Notes: generated by a model from the sequence alone, not told the origin. A stretch of 61,435 bases of DNA, filler included, from Squatina squatina (GCA_031763465.1; 4 parts of 4 records of this genome joined end to end with filler, not necessarily neighbours in it); one strand, 5' to 3'; shown: positions 37,293 to 49,332, counted from the first letter of the whole stretch. Made by a program: numbers and translations.

Positions 37293-37921
37293 CATTCAGA
37301 GTAGGGATCGGATGCTGATGAAACTAGCGGCTAATTGATAACTGTTGCAATACTGTTATCTCCAGTTTCTGGGAGACCCACCAGAAGAGTTTGGGGGCCC
37401 AATTGGTTTGCACAGCGCTGGCAGTGGTAAGGCACAGTTTTTTTTGCGATGTGCCCAGAGCAATGGCTGCCACTGCTGAATTGGTGTCTTGGACGGAAAA
37501 CTGGGTCGGCGCGATGACATGGCACTGACCCAGTGCTGAGGCAGTGCTACATCGGGAGCATCGGCAGCGTGGCGCTGATAATGTCAGTGCCACACTGCCG
37601 AGGTCAGCCCACTGATGACAGCCGCGGCCCCGCCCTCTGCGTTAAAAGGGAGGGCCGTCAGCTGACGCCACAGAACCCCGGTGGCCACCACTGGGCCACC
37701 AGGGAAGCTGGTGACCAGGCCACCGGGCAAGCACGCCAGTTCGCGTGCCGGCAAACAGATTGGCCGCCCAGTGGGGGGGGCAGCTGCCATTGGTCGCTGG
37801 GCAGCGCTATGGGGTCAGCGCGCAATCTAATGACATCATGCGCCGGCTCGTGGCACAAAAATGCCCCTTTAACACCCCTCGGAGGCGCTAACAGGGTGCA
37901 AAAAGAGACCGATTGGGCCCT
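37293..37921. mobile_element. GC-rich TIR element (PIF/Harbinger-like MITE) right arm
   Basis: CpG-rich block ending ...ccgattgggccc, mirroring the ggg(g)cc/t..aatt left ends at 20444, 30956 and 45095. Confidence 0.55.
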
Positions 37922-40711
37922 CCAGTTGTTTCCAATTGCCCATGCCCATTGAATAAGGCAAATACCACTTGAACCTCACCTTGAGAGATCCAAGTCAGAA
38001 GGCAACACTACACTACCGCTCAGGGTTGTCAGGTGAAACAGCTGTTGCCCCAGGGAATATAGATGCATTCGTCATCCAGACCTGTCAACTCACACTCTTT
38101 TCGAGTGAAATTTACTTATTTTGGTTTCAAAATGTAAACTGTTTTAATGTATGTAATGTCATGGAGGAAAAAAACACACTTACACTTTCCAGTGCAAAAT
38201 CCAACGTTTCCACATGTTTGTTCTACATTGTGTTTTTAATACATTGGTATATGTCTTTCACTCACACACTCACTCGCTAACACAGAATTAGGCACTGGAG
38301 TTAGCTGGTTATGGTTAAAAAAAACTACTTTTATTCAGTAATAAAAGTGGTTTTGACATCGCCAAGTTAACACTACCAGCTACAATGTCAAATAATCAGA
38401 CCGTTTTTGAGAAATAGGCATTTTCTCACCAAATATCATAGATACGTATTTCTACCATAATAATTTACATTTACCTGACTTGTATTAGATAAACTAAAGG
38501 ACATGAAGCAAGTTACATTCTATTTTCACCACAAATTTTCAATTTTAGACACAGCTTTAAGTATTAACACTCTTGACTTCTTTCATGGTGAGAGGTATTT
38601 GCCCACCAAGAATGGTACAGGTCGGGGGTTAAAATGGCGCTCAGGCATAAACTGCTGTGTTCCCACTGCGCCGCTGCATTGAAATGTGGGGTTCCGATGG
38701 CTTCATTCCAACCTTGACACCAATTTAACTTTGAAATGCGTGAATCGTGTATAGTCTCCAACGCACCACTAAAAGCTGGCAGCAAGCAGCATTGAGCCAG
38801 AAGAGCCTCAGGTATTTTCTTTTCAATTTTTGAAAGGTTCCTTGTGGAGGTGGCCTAGGAGTTAAAACAGCCTGGGCTTTAAACTGGGAAGTTGTGGGTT
38901 ATTTCCTCCCGCAATCCGCCCTCCCTGAACATGCCTTGAGTTAAAATCATGTTTTCAGCAAAAATAGTGTAAATTATATTTTTGTGAAAAGGTTTCCTGA
39001 AAAAATAATTACAGTAGCTTCTAACCTGAAATGTAAAACGGGAGAACGGCACCATCATGCATCTGGGGTCTTTTTTAACATTACATCAAGAAATATAAAA
39101 TTCAAGATTCAACTGATTTGTACTTTTTTCCTTTTATTATGAAGGTGTAAGTGGTACTTATAGTATTGAAAGGTTCTGCTTAAATGTATTTAAGTTCAGT
39201 ACTTCTTTCAGGACTTGCTTCCAATTTGATTAATGCTACAACTTCCATTTCTATAGCATCTTTAAAGTAAAGAATCGTCCCAAAATGCCTCATTAATAGG
39301 TTTGAGCAAACTGACACTGATTCAGCAAGTAAGAGATGAAGTGGTGTGACCCACTTGATTGGATGTTTTTTTTAGTTAAAATAGCACTGTGGTTTAGGGA
39401 GGGAGAACTGATGCTGACAGTCTGAAGAGAGGAAGGAATGAACAAATGGAAAGAATCAGAGTAATGGGATATTTGGGAGGAGATATAGAACTGGGAGACA
39501 TTGCAGAGATATAAGGCAGAGTGAGAGGAGCCATGTTGAGTCAGGAGGGGATTGGCGGAGAGAATGGCCACTCTGGGTCTTAGTTGGGCAGCAGGAAAGG
39601 CCACTTCAGTGGTCTGTGTGGCTGTCGGGCGGGGGAGAAGGCTGTATAAACAAATAAAACCTTATACATATATGGTAACTTATCTCAGAAAAAGCCCAAA
39701 ATTTCATGGTATGCATTATTCAGTTATCTCTATGGAGACTTACATGGGGTGGACCTTTAAAACAGGATGTTCTGGCATGGCTTATTGCCTTCTGCAGTCA
39801 AAATGAATTGATTTGCTGCAGTTGACATGGACAACAGCCAACAGGAGGAATTATTAACATTTGCAGAAAAAAATGGTCTATAAAGCCTATCTGAATAATT
39901 TAAGCTCCAGCGAAGTATTTCAAATTTAGCCTTAGGCTTATGATGCAAGAGGAGGTTTCTCTGAGAAAACATTTTCAGCTTTCCAGTTTTGATTATGATG
40001 TGGCCAAACTGTTGAGTTGTGACTTTTTAACTGTTTTCTCGCTATGAAATTTGAGACAATCAAATATAAGTGTTACACAGCCAAGGGCAGTGTGCTGCCC
40101 GAAGTGTGATGGGCACAATACATGCCAGATGTTTGACATCGCTTTTTGGAATTGGACTGGGGGTGGGGAGAAGAAACAATTTTAAAACCCATTTCTTTGG
40201 AGTTTAAATTATTAATTTGAGGAGAAGAGCAAGGAGGAATGTATTTGCAAAAGAAGCTGAATTCTGGTTGAATATGCTCTGCTGAGCATATATACTCCAA
40301 CTGTTCCGCTTTCCTTGTGATCAGGGATACGCCACAGAGTAAATCTTCAGGAAATGTTCTTAATGGTGCTGGAGGTAGCAATAGTCAGAGGCAGGAGCTA
40401 CATTTATTTGTTGCGTAGCCCTTAGATTTTTGCAAGTGTCACATCAATGCAATTTTTGGTTAAATGCTGGTGAATTAAAAGGTTAAAGCTCTTTTTAATA
40501 CTTTGTGTGTGAGTACTCATTCATCTGATGTGTTCTGACCAAGAGCCATGCTGAAGCGTTAACCTATCTTTTAAAACTTATCTACCTGTTCCAAATTTCC
40601 AGTATTTTTTTNNNNNNNNNNNNNNNNNNNNNNNNNNNNNNNNNNNNNNNNNNNNNNNNNNNNNNNNNNNNNNNNNNNNNNNNNNNNNNNNNNNNNNNNN
40701 NNNNNNNNNNN

Positions 40712-40810
40712 GGCGAGATAGAGAGCCGGAGAGGTTCAGGGAGGGAATTCCAGAGCTTGGGGCCTGTGCAGCTGAAGACACGGTCACCAATGATGGAGCG
40801 ATTAAAGTTG
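40712..40810 (-). mobile_element. L2 LINE fragment
   Basis: gagagccggagaggttcagggagggaattccagagcttggggcc...; minus frame GDRVFSCTGPKLWNSLP (L2 ORF2 C-terminus). Confidence 0.8.
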
Positions 40811-42790
40811 TAGGAAAAGGTCTCGGCAATGTAATAAAGCAGCAGCAAGGGTGTGGCCAGAGGAGGTTTGGGGGAAATCCCGAGGCAGAAGATTCCCCAG
40901 GGATTCTGTGTTGGGCCTGGAGGAGCATTCTCTAATGGTTAAAAAGCTAATAACTTACACGGGCCTCTTCTCGCCCGATGCTGCTTGCTTCCAGTTGTTG
41001 TTGGCGTATCTGAGACTGTGCATGATTCGCAGTTTTCAACATTAATATTATGGAGGGATCCTCATCTGTCATTGAGCCCTGACCTTTCAATATTGATGAG
41101 GCCTTTCAGAATCTGCTCATTTGTTATACCATTTATATTAAGGAAGTTGATATTCAGTATCATTAACTGCTGTCATTCTGATGTGCAGGTACGATGGAAC
41201 TGGAGTATTTCATTTCTTATAAATTTGAGGCTAAGAGTAATGTTTTGCAGATTGGTAAATGCCATAACGTTAATTGAGATCCATTTGCTGCTTAAAAAAG
41301 TAGTTTAGATTTTATGAAATTGTGGTGTTGGCACATAGCATCAAGAGCTGGGAATGCGTATCGGAATTTCAGGCTTGGTGACTTTTAATTATTGGAAAAT
41401 CCTGTGGGAAGCACTGACCTTCACACGAGAATTCCTGATACGCGCTCCCAGCAGATGGAGCTCTGTGTCGGGGTGCCAAATTTATTAACTCTACTCTAAT
41501 GTTTCTTTGCTCTAACAAATAGAAACAAAGCTGGTTAATCAAATTTCATGGATTTTTTTTAAAGAGAAAGCTCTAATTATTGAAAATTAAATAATTGAGC
41601 TGCTCGGATGGCTCAGTTGGTAAGTACACAGTGTAGAACTGAGGCATACTCATTTCAAAATTCCCTGATTCCACACCTGGGGGTCGATTTTAGCTCTACC
41701 CACCTGGTAGAAACTAGGCAGATAGGCAGTTAGAATCAACTGACTTACACGCCAATGTATTGCTTGGATCCCACCATCATTGATTTGAACCTGATCTTCT
41801 GAGCAGGCAACAAAGGCACCTGAAGCCGGTGGGGTCCTTCTTTAAATATGCAGATCATGGTCCGATGACCACACTTTTAACTCTGACCTGAGCAGGAAGC
41901 CACTGTGGCTTTTCCGCCATGTAAATTCAAGTGAGAAGAGGATCGAGGCAGTCGAAGGCATTCAAGGTTTCAGAATAAGTTTTTTTTTTAAACTTTCTTT
42001 ATAAGTAAGAAGGAGCAGGAATGCTTCTCTGGGCCTCCCAGGAAAAGTTTACATCTCCCCTGCCCTGGATTCTTTGCCCTCTTCCCCCATNNNNNNNNNN
42101 NNNNNNNNNNNNNNNNNNNNNNNNNNNNNNNNNNNNNNNNNNNNNNNNNNNNNNNNNNNNNNNNNNNNNNNNNNNNNNNNNNNNNNNNNNAGTGGGCCCT
42201 GGACCCCTGCCCACTGCTTATAAAGCACTTACATGCACAATGCCAGAGAAGATCCATGAGTAATATAATAAAACTGTACATATGTACATGCAGATGCCAA
42301 ACTCCAAACATCATTGTAAATTATGTGCCTTTTTCAGACATTCTCGGTGACGGCACTGACGATGTTTTCAACTAACTGTAAAAGGATGGCGATTGATGTA
42401 TTTGAGCAGACCATGCCCGTGGGAAGACAGTGGAGAATAAATTATCGATCAGGTAATTCAATCATTCAAAAACTCTCAAATGCCTTGTTATGACATTAAC
42501 TGTAATATTTTTAAAAATTTATTTTTTGTATCTTGTGAAATGCTAGAAAAACGCTGATATTTAATACTTTAGTTTACTGCTAGTCTGAATCTCATGCGAA
42601 GCCCTGGCATTTTCCTGTTAGAGGAGCCATTATCTGAACTGACTGAATCACATTTAATATCATTCATTAGCCTCCACTGTGTACACTAAGTCTGGAAAAT
42701 TAAAGTTATTCCATTAGATATCAGCTTGACATCCTAACAGAGAGTGACAAATGCTGTTTGTGAGGTGAGTCATTGTAACTTATAAAATTC

Positions 42791-42890
42791 NNNNNNNNNN
42801 NNNNNNNNNNNNNNNNNNNNNNNNNNNNNNNNNNTTAATTAATTAANNNNNNNNNNNNNNNNNNNNNNNNNNNNNNNNNNNNNNNNNNNN
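42791..42890. other. Artificial scaffold-concatenation linker
   Basis: 44 N + TTAATTAATTAA (42835-42846) + 44 N. Confidence 0.97.
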
Positions 42891-45094
42891 GACACCAGGA
42901 GGGTTGTAACATAGAAGCGATGTGACTTGGTGATGGTAAATTTGGGTTTGATCACTTTAAAGATTGCAAGAGGCAGGGAAGAGCGAGGGAGGAAAGGAGT
43001 GTGCACAGCAGTGGAATGGTTAATCAGTGTGTGGGGTAGGACACATCACTGTGTGATTAATCCCAGGGCATATATAGCACAGGTTTAAAATGTTTCTAAG
43101 CAGAAGTCAATGATCTGTGACTAATTAAAGCCATTCAAAAGCAAACGGACAATTGAAAGAGGTTCTGGTGGCCTATTGAAGGCAATCCTTTCAAATGGGA
43201 GTTATTGTGATGCAAGCAGCTGTCTCTCTGAAGCCCATCCAAGTCCCTTTCTCTTCTGTGGAGATTCCAGTAGCTTACACCAGATGGGTTGATCGATTTC
43301 ACAAACTCACAGTCACACAGATCCAATGAAACAGATATTTGTGGTGTGAGGGGTGGGGGAGGAATTGTTGGAGATGTGGGATTTGTTTTTTTTTTACTAC
43401 CAGGTCCAGCTGCCGTCAAATGAAGTCTTTGTGACCATTCTTTCAAATCTGACTTNNNNNNNNNNNNNNNNNNNNNNNNNNNNNNNNNNNNNNNNNNNNN
43501 NNNNNNNNNNNNNNNNNNNNNNNNNNNNNNNNNNNNNNNNNNNNNNNNNNNNNNNTCATTATGTTTATCTTATCCAATATTTCACACTCCTCCTCTTTAA
43601 CTACTACATCTGCATCATCCCTCTCCATTTTTACTTCATCCCTGTATTTTCTATACTCCTCTAGGCTTTCTGAAGTGTTAAGTCATAAACTTTCTTTTTC
43701 TACTTTATCTTGCTTCTTATACTTCTAGACAACCAGAGGACTCTAGATTTGGCAGTGCCACCCTTTTTCTTTGTGCGGACATGTCTACATTGTATCCGTA
43801 GAATCTCGCCTCCCACTGGTTTGCCACTGATGTTTCCTCAAGTAGTTGTGTCCAGCCCACTTTCACCAAATCACCTCTCAGCTCTGCAGGAGGAGGCATG
43901 AAGAGAGCGATGGTGAAAGAAATAGAAACTTATCCTTTCCTTTACATTGGCTTAGATAGTATAGACAATCCTTTTATACCCAGTACCTTGAGCTCATGAT
44001 CTGTGAGAGCAGGTTACAAAAGCCACCTTAATATCTACCCTTAAGTCCCATTGGAGAGAGGATTAACGTTAGTGGGGCTGAATTTGAGGTGGTTTTTATC
44101 TGTGCTTGTTCGTTAGATCAGCCTGACTAATTTCAGAGGCGAACTTTCATCTGTGCTGCTTGTATTTGGAGTGCTTTATTGCCTATCATCCATTTCACAC
44201 CAACGCACAAAGGCACAATCCACCCCAAGGTGCTTAAAAAATCTACAGGAGACGCATCGAGAAACCGTCGTTATGAAGAGCTGCTTTCACAATTCTGTTC
44301 ACCTTCTGACCTGAGCTGTTACTGTTCCTCAGACGCTCGTGCAGGTGTGGAGTCCACATGCAAGGATGGAGGATCAGTACTGAGCCACCGGTGAGCTGAA
44401 CTGTCAGCTCCAAACTCGGCTATTCCAATGCCTCCCATCCTCCACGCACCGCAGAGGTCAGTTGATCCAAAACTCTGCTGTCCTGTCTCCTATCCCGCAC
44501 CGAGCCTCACTCACCAATCACCCTTGACCTTGCTGATCTATGCTGGCTCCCGTTTAAAGCGTGCGGTGACTGCTTGCATGCACTGCTGGGCTTCTGCCTC
44601 CCTCGGCCACCCACGCGTTTCAAATCAGGATTGTTTTGGATGGAGTTCCTGAGTTCTCCTGCCAGTGAACTTCCCCAGGAAGCCAGCAATGTTTCCACCT
44701 CCTACTGCTGCCTACTCGAGCGCGTTCCAAAATTAGGAGTTGGGTTTGCACAGGAAGTTAAAAAATAACCTTGGTATAAAAAGCTGGAAGCAGAGGGAGA
44801 CTGCGGTCAGAATCTGTGTGTGATTGACCACATAACCGAACGGAGACTGAGTGAAAGTCAGAAATCCTTTCCTGGCATATTTATATATCTATATGTCGAC
44901 ATATATGCTTTTTTCCTAATTCCCCACTTCCCACCCCTTCCTCCTTGGGAGATTGCGATGATCCAGACCTGAAGACCCTCCAAACACAGCCATAATATTG
45001 AATGTTGGTCGACTCCTGTCAAATACCCCTCTTCGCCAATCCCTCAGGCCAATGGTTCTGTCCTCTTTCAGATCGCCCAGGTGTACAGAATCAA

Positions 45095-45340
45095 AGGGGG
45101 AAAAATTCCATTGCCCCTGTTTGTGGGTGAGGGGGCGGTAACACTTGCGAGGTGCGAGACTTTGCCCTAGGCACGTAAGTCGTGCCTCTCACGGGAAATT
45201 GGGGTCGCCGGCCCCGAATTGACGTGGAGTGCAAAATAACGCGTTGCACTTGATTTCTGGGGGGAGGCTGGGCGGGGGGGGTGGTTCGCGGGGTGGACCA
45301 GTTGGGAGTGGGCCGCGTAGCGCTGCCGCATAGGAGGGGC
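45095..45340. mobile_element. GC-rich TIR element left arm
   Basis: Starts gggggaaaaattccattgcccc; same architecture as 20444 and ~37068. Confidence 0.45.
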
Positions 45341-45519
45341 TNNNNNNNNNNNNNNNNNNNNNNNNNNNNNNNNNNNNNNNNNNNNNNNNNNNNNNNNNNN
45401 NNNNNNNNNNNNNNNNNNNNNNNNNNNNNNNNNNNNNNNNNAACCTTGTATTTCTTGAATGATTCTTTAACGATTTGAATTTGAACCCAATTTCCTTGCT
45501 CTCCAAAGATACACGTGTC

Positions 45520-45935
45520 ATAAGAACAGAAGAATTAAGAGCAGAAGTCAGCCATATGGCTCCTCGAGTCTACTCCGCTATTCAATCAGATCATGGCTGA
45601 TCTTCGACCTCAACTCCACTTTCCCACCCGATCTCCATATCCCTAGAGTCCAAAAATCTATCTATCTCAGCCTTGAACATACTCAACGATTCAGCCCTCT
45701 GGGGTAGAGAATTTCAAAAATTTACAAACCTCTGAGTGAAGAATTTCCTCCTCATCTCAGTGCTAAATGGCCAACCCTTTATCCTGAGGCAATGTCTCCT
45801 GGTTCTAGACTTTCCAGCCAGGGGAAGCAGCCTCTCAGCATCTACTCTGTCAATCCCCCTCAGAACCGTATATGTTTCAATAAGATTGCCTCTTGTTCTT
45901 CTAAACTCCAGAGAGTATAGGCCCACTCGTCTTAA
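45520..45935 (-). mobile_element. CR1 LINE 3' end
   Basis: Minus frame GLYSLEFRRTRGNLIETYTVLRGIDRVDAERLLPLAGKSRTRRHCLRIKG..FSTEMRRKFFTQR (CR1 ORF2 C-terminus) and cataagaac tail. Confidence 0.92.
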
Positions 45936-46749
45936 TTCCGTCTACTCCCTCCCTCCGCGAATTTGGCCAAGGGGAGCGTTGGGTGCAGTTCATCTCCCGG
46001 CCTCGGCCCACAGTTCTGTTGTCAGGGATCGGAGCCAGGCCACCCAATGGAATTTTCATTCCTCATCGCCCACTTGGATGGTGTAAGGCAGTCATTCTTG
46101 GAGCTGTCACCATTTGAAAGGAACGTGTCACACAAGCTCGCTCGCGCCGCATGTATAATTGAGTGGAAACGTGGATGGTGCCACAGGTTTACAATAGAGC
46201 ATGAAGCAAGCCTCTGAATGGGCTGCAGTTTCTGAATGGAGAGATTGAGTGCCTGCACAATATGTATACTAAATAATTAATTGGACGCTCTGAAGAAGCA
46301 CTGAGTGAGCAGTCAGTACATTGTAATGAAAAGTAGATGTAATGGAAAGCCTTGTCAATAATAATGTACTAGATGTGCTTGTTTGTAGGAACGGATTCAA
46401 TGATACTGCAGCTTAGAGCTGGGTGTTGAGTTTCCTTGCCCTAGTTTCATCAAAGCCTTGGAGAGGCCACACGTGGAGAAGTATTGGGATCCATTGTACT
46501 CATCGGCCATCAAAGTCTTAGAGGTAGGGGATAGGGTTTAACCCAGGGCGCAGATTGCTTCGGGCCTCAGATCATGGAAAGTGGGTAAGGAAACCAAGGA
46601 GAGGAAAGAAAAAAGGGGAGGGGGGCTTGATACAAAGGCTGATGGCACGNNNNNNNNNNNNNNNNNNNNNNNNNNNNNNNNNNNNNNNNNNNNNNNNNNN
46701 NNNNNNNNNNNNNNNNNNNNNNNNNNNNNNNNNNNNNNNNNNNNNNNNN

Positions 46750-48175
46750 GTGCACCAGAATACACTGCAGTGTCAAAGCCAAGTCCGTCAACCTTCTCCT
46801 GATTGTCACTGTCAGAGCCTTCAGAAAGGGTACAGTCTGGTACCTTATCCACGGTAATATTAGAATGTGTGATCATGCCTTGATCAGACACTCGCGGGGC
46901 CTCAATAACAGAACATGGAGTAAAGGAGCATTCCTGCTTCTCAATAGCAAAGTTCTGGGAAATGGAATGCTGAGGAAACTCGCTGTCAGGATTTTGGGAT
47001 CCAGGTCGTTCAAGTGCCTCATTCTTGCTCGCGGAATGGTGGCAACTTGCATGCTCCATCACACCAAACGACTCAATGACTGAATACTCAAAAGCAGACT
47101 TCCTAGAAGTCTCGATAACAGACTCCTTCGACAATGAATGGCCTTGTAGCTTCTGCGCCTCGGCGTCTGAAAGCTCGTGAACGTACCGTTGAGTGACGTC
47201 ACTTGGACCACGTGAGTAAGGCGGTTTGGGTAGGCCATTGACAGCGAGTGACTTTTCAGAAATGTTGTGTCCTATGAACTGTGCATAATCTGCCCCATGG
47301 TTTGTATGGGCTGTTTGGCTGGACTGAGACACTGGAGATGAAAGATGAAAGTCCTGCAGTTGGGCAGAATGAGTCTGAACATCTTCTGCACACCCAGTTG
47401 CCCTGTACTGAATAATGTCCCTGGGCGTAAGGTTGAACTTGACTGGCTCCTTGTAACTTATGAATTCAATATCATCACAACTCCTTAGCAAAGCTGCTGC
47501 CTCGCCTCCTCCATAGCTGACTCGCACGCTCACAACATCCTTAATGTCCTTCATCAGGTCCCTGTCCATCGAGTTATCATCGTGCTTGGCGTCCCCGTGA
47601 ATCATCGGCTCTGGGCTGTCCCCGGTGCTCGACGACCCATCAGAAACATCCGAGAGGGAGCCCCTGGGCGAGTACTTGCTCATGGGCATGAATCCACTCC
47701 CTCTACTCGAGAGCTCCGCCTCCGAAGAATCCGAGTTGAGGAGTACGGTGGAGCTGTTTGAATAGCTGCTGTAGTAAGAGCTGATCGAGGTTCCCGCCAG
47801 CTGCCGGCTCTTTTCAGTGTATGCAGCGGTGGTTATAAGCCCGAACCTCAGCTTCAGCGCCAACAGTTCCGATTTCAGCCTGACATTTTCCTCATTCAGT
47901 GCCAGCACGCGGTTTTCCAAGACCATGTCGCTGATCCTTCTCTTCTCCCGAGACCTTTTGGCAGCCTCGTTGTTCTTGCGCCTCTTCTCCCAGTAGCTGG
48001 CATCTTTCTTCTCGTCAGAAATGAACTCGCGCTTCCGACGGCCGGTGAAGCTGGGCTTGCTTTTCCCCGTCCGGTTTCGCTGGGCCAGCCCCTCGTTGTA
48101 CGGGCTGAGGGCCTCCGAGACGCAGAGCGCTGCTGAGCCTATGTTCTCCATCTCCGAGTAGTAGCCAGGTTCCAT
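46750..48175 (-). CDS. NFIL3-like: NFIL3/E4BP4-family bZIP transcription factor (paralog-like), single large coding exon, 3' truncated by a gap
   Basis: 475 uninterrupted codons from cccaccATGG (in-frame upstream TGA); basic zipper RRKREFISDEKKDASYWEKRRKNNEAAKRSREKRRISDMVLENRVLALNEENVRLKSELLALKLRFGLI is diagnostic of NFIL3. The ORF-track extension to 46538 reads through Ns and is not real. Confidence 0.93.
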
Positions 48176-48379
48176 GGTGGGCCCCCAGGCAACTCAAGCA
48201 AGCTTGCTGGTGGAGATGTGCAGAGTTTACTTCCAGTGGTTCTAAGACTCGATTTTGAGATCCATGCTTACTGCCATTTNNNNNNNNNNNNNNNNNNNNN
48301 NNNNNNNNNNNNNNNNNNNNNNNNNNNNNNNNNNNNNNNNNNNNNNNNNNNNNNNNNNNNNNNNNNNNNNNNNNNNNNN

Positions 48380-48570
48380 CAGAGGGCTGTGAAGGCTCGG
48401 TCGTTGAGAGAGATCAATAGATTTTTGAATATTAAAGGAATCAAGATATATGGGGCTAGTGCAGGAAAGTAGTGATGAGGTAGAAGATCAGCCCTGATCT
48501 TGTTGAATGACGGAGCAGGCTGGAAGGGCCGAATGGCCGACTCCTGCTCCTATTTCTTCTGTTCTTATGT
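48380..48570 (+). mobile_element. CR1 LINE 3' end
   Basis: QRAVKARS..EINRFL..KGIK.YG then gatcagcc..gatcttgttgaatgacggagcaggctggaagggccgaatggccgactcctgctcctatttctt. Confidence 0.85.
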
Positions 48571-49044
48571 TCACAGATACAGTTCACGTATCGGGGGTTT
48601 TAAAGCTACTTGTATGGCATTTGTTCCGTTGCTCTGCACTTCACCCGAAGGGACAGACATTTGCTCCATGGGTGCCGGCAGGTCCTCCTGCATCCCACCC
48701 AGCCAAACGGCCGTTCTTCCTGCTGAGATCAGCAGGCTATTCGACTGTGGGGGGCAGCACAGTCCTGTTGTCAGCAGATCCCCAGACAAAGGAACGTGCT
48801 AGCAGGCTAGCAATCAGGTATGGAGAGCCCTGGGCTGAGTAGTCCATGGGCACTGAGCTCAATCGCAGTTGATGTCCTGGCTGGGATAAGCTAACTCAAT
48901 ACTGACTGGGTGTTCAAAATTGAGAACTTTTCGTGCGTTTGGCTCTGTTCCACCCTGGCCAATGCCTTTTGCTAAGCCTGACAGGCTTTCTAAAAGGTGT
49001 TTTGAAGGTGAAGAACTTCCACTTCCCGTACAGTTTCAAAAGGG

Positions 49045-49050
49045 TTTATT
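49045..49050 (-). terminator. Candidate polyadenylation signal of the NFIL3-type 3' end
   Basis: tttatt on plus = AATAAA on minus, about 170 nt after the TAA stop. Confidence 0.5.
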
Positions 49051-49222
49051 ACAACAACGATGATCGATTAGAAAATAAAGTAAAAATATATTTACACGCA
49101 TTTCAAATCCATTCACAACACCAACAATAAATATTGGCACAAACTCAGTTATTAGCAAATAATTTAACTACTTGAGAAGCGAACCAGAGTAAAAATGTAC
49201 AAGCATTGACAAAGAACCCCTC

Positions 49223-49332
49223 TTAATTGAGATTGGAATACATTTGTTGAGAAAACATCTTCTTCAGCTGGGCCACCTCGGCCGAGAGTGAAGCAAGCTG
49301 ATTCTTAAGGACGCTGTTTTCGGATTTGAAGG
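49223..49332 (-). CDS. NFIL3-like: C-terminal end of an NFIL3/E4BP4-family protein (5' truncated by a gap)
   Basis: Minus frame FKSENSVLKNQLASLSAEVAQLKKMFSQQMYSNLN* aligns with the NFIL3 C-terminal motif ENLYLKQGIANLSAEVVSLKRL; followed by an AT-rich 3' UTR with AATAAA (minus, 49045-49050). Not in the ORF track. Confidence 0.8.

Noticed and set aside
46538-46649. C-terminal extension of the NFIL3-like ORF (VPSAFVSSPPPL...)
   Set aside because: Lies beyond a 100-N gap on another contig and has no NFIL3 similarity
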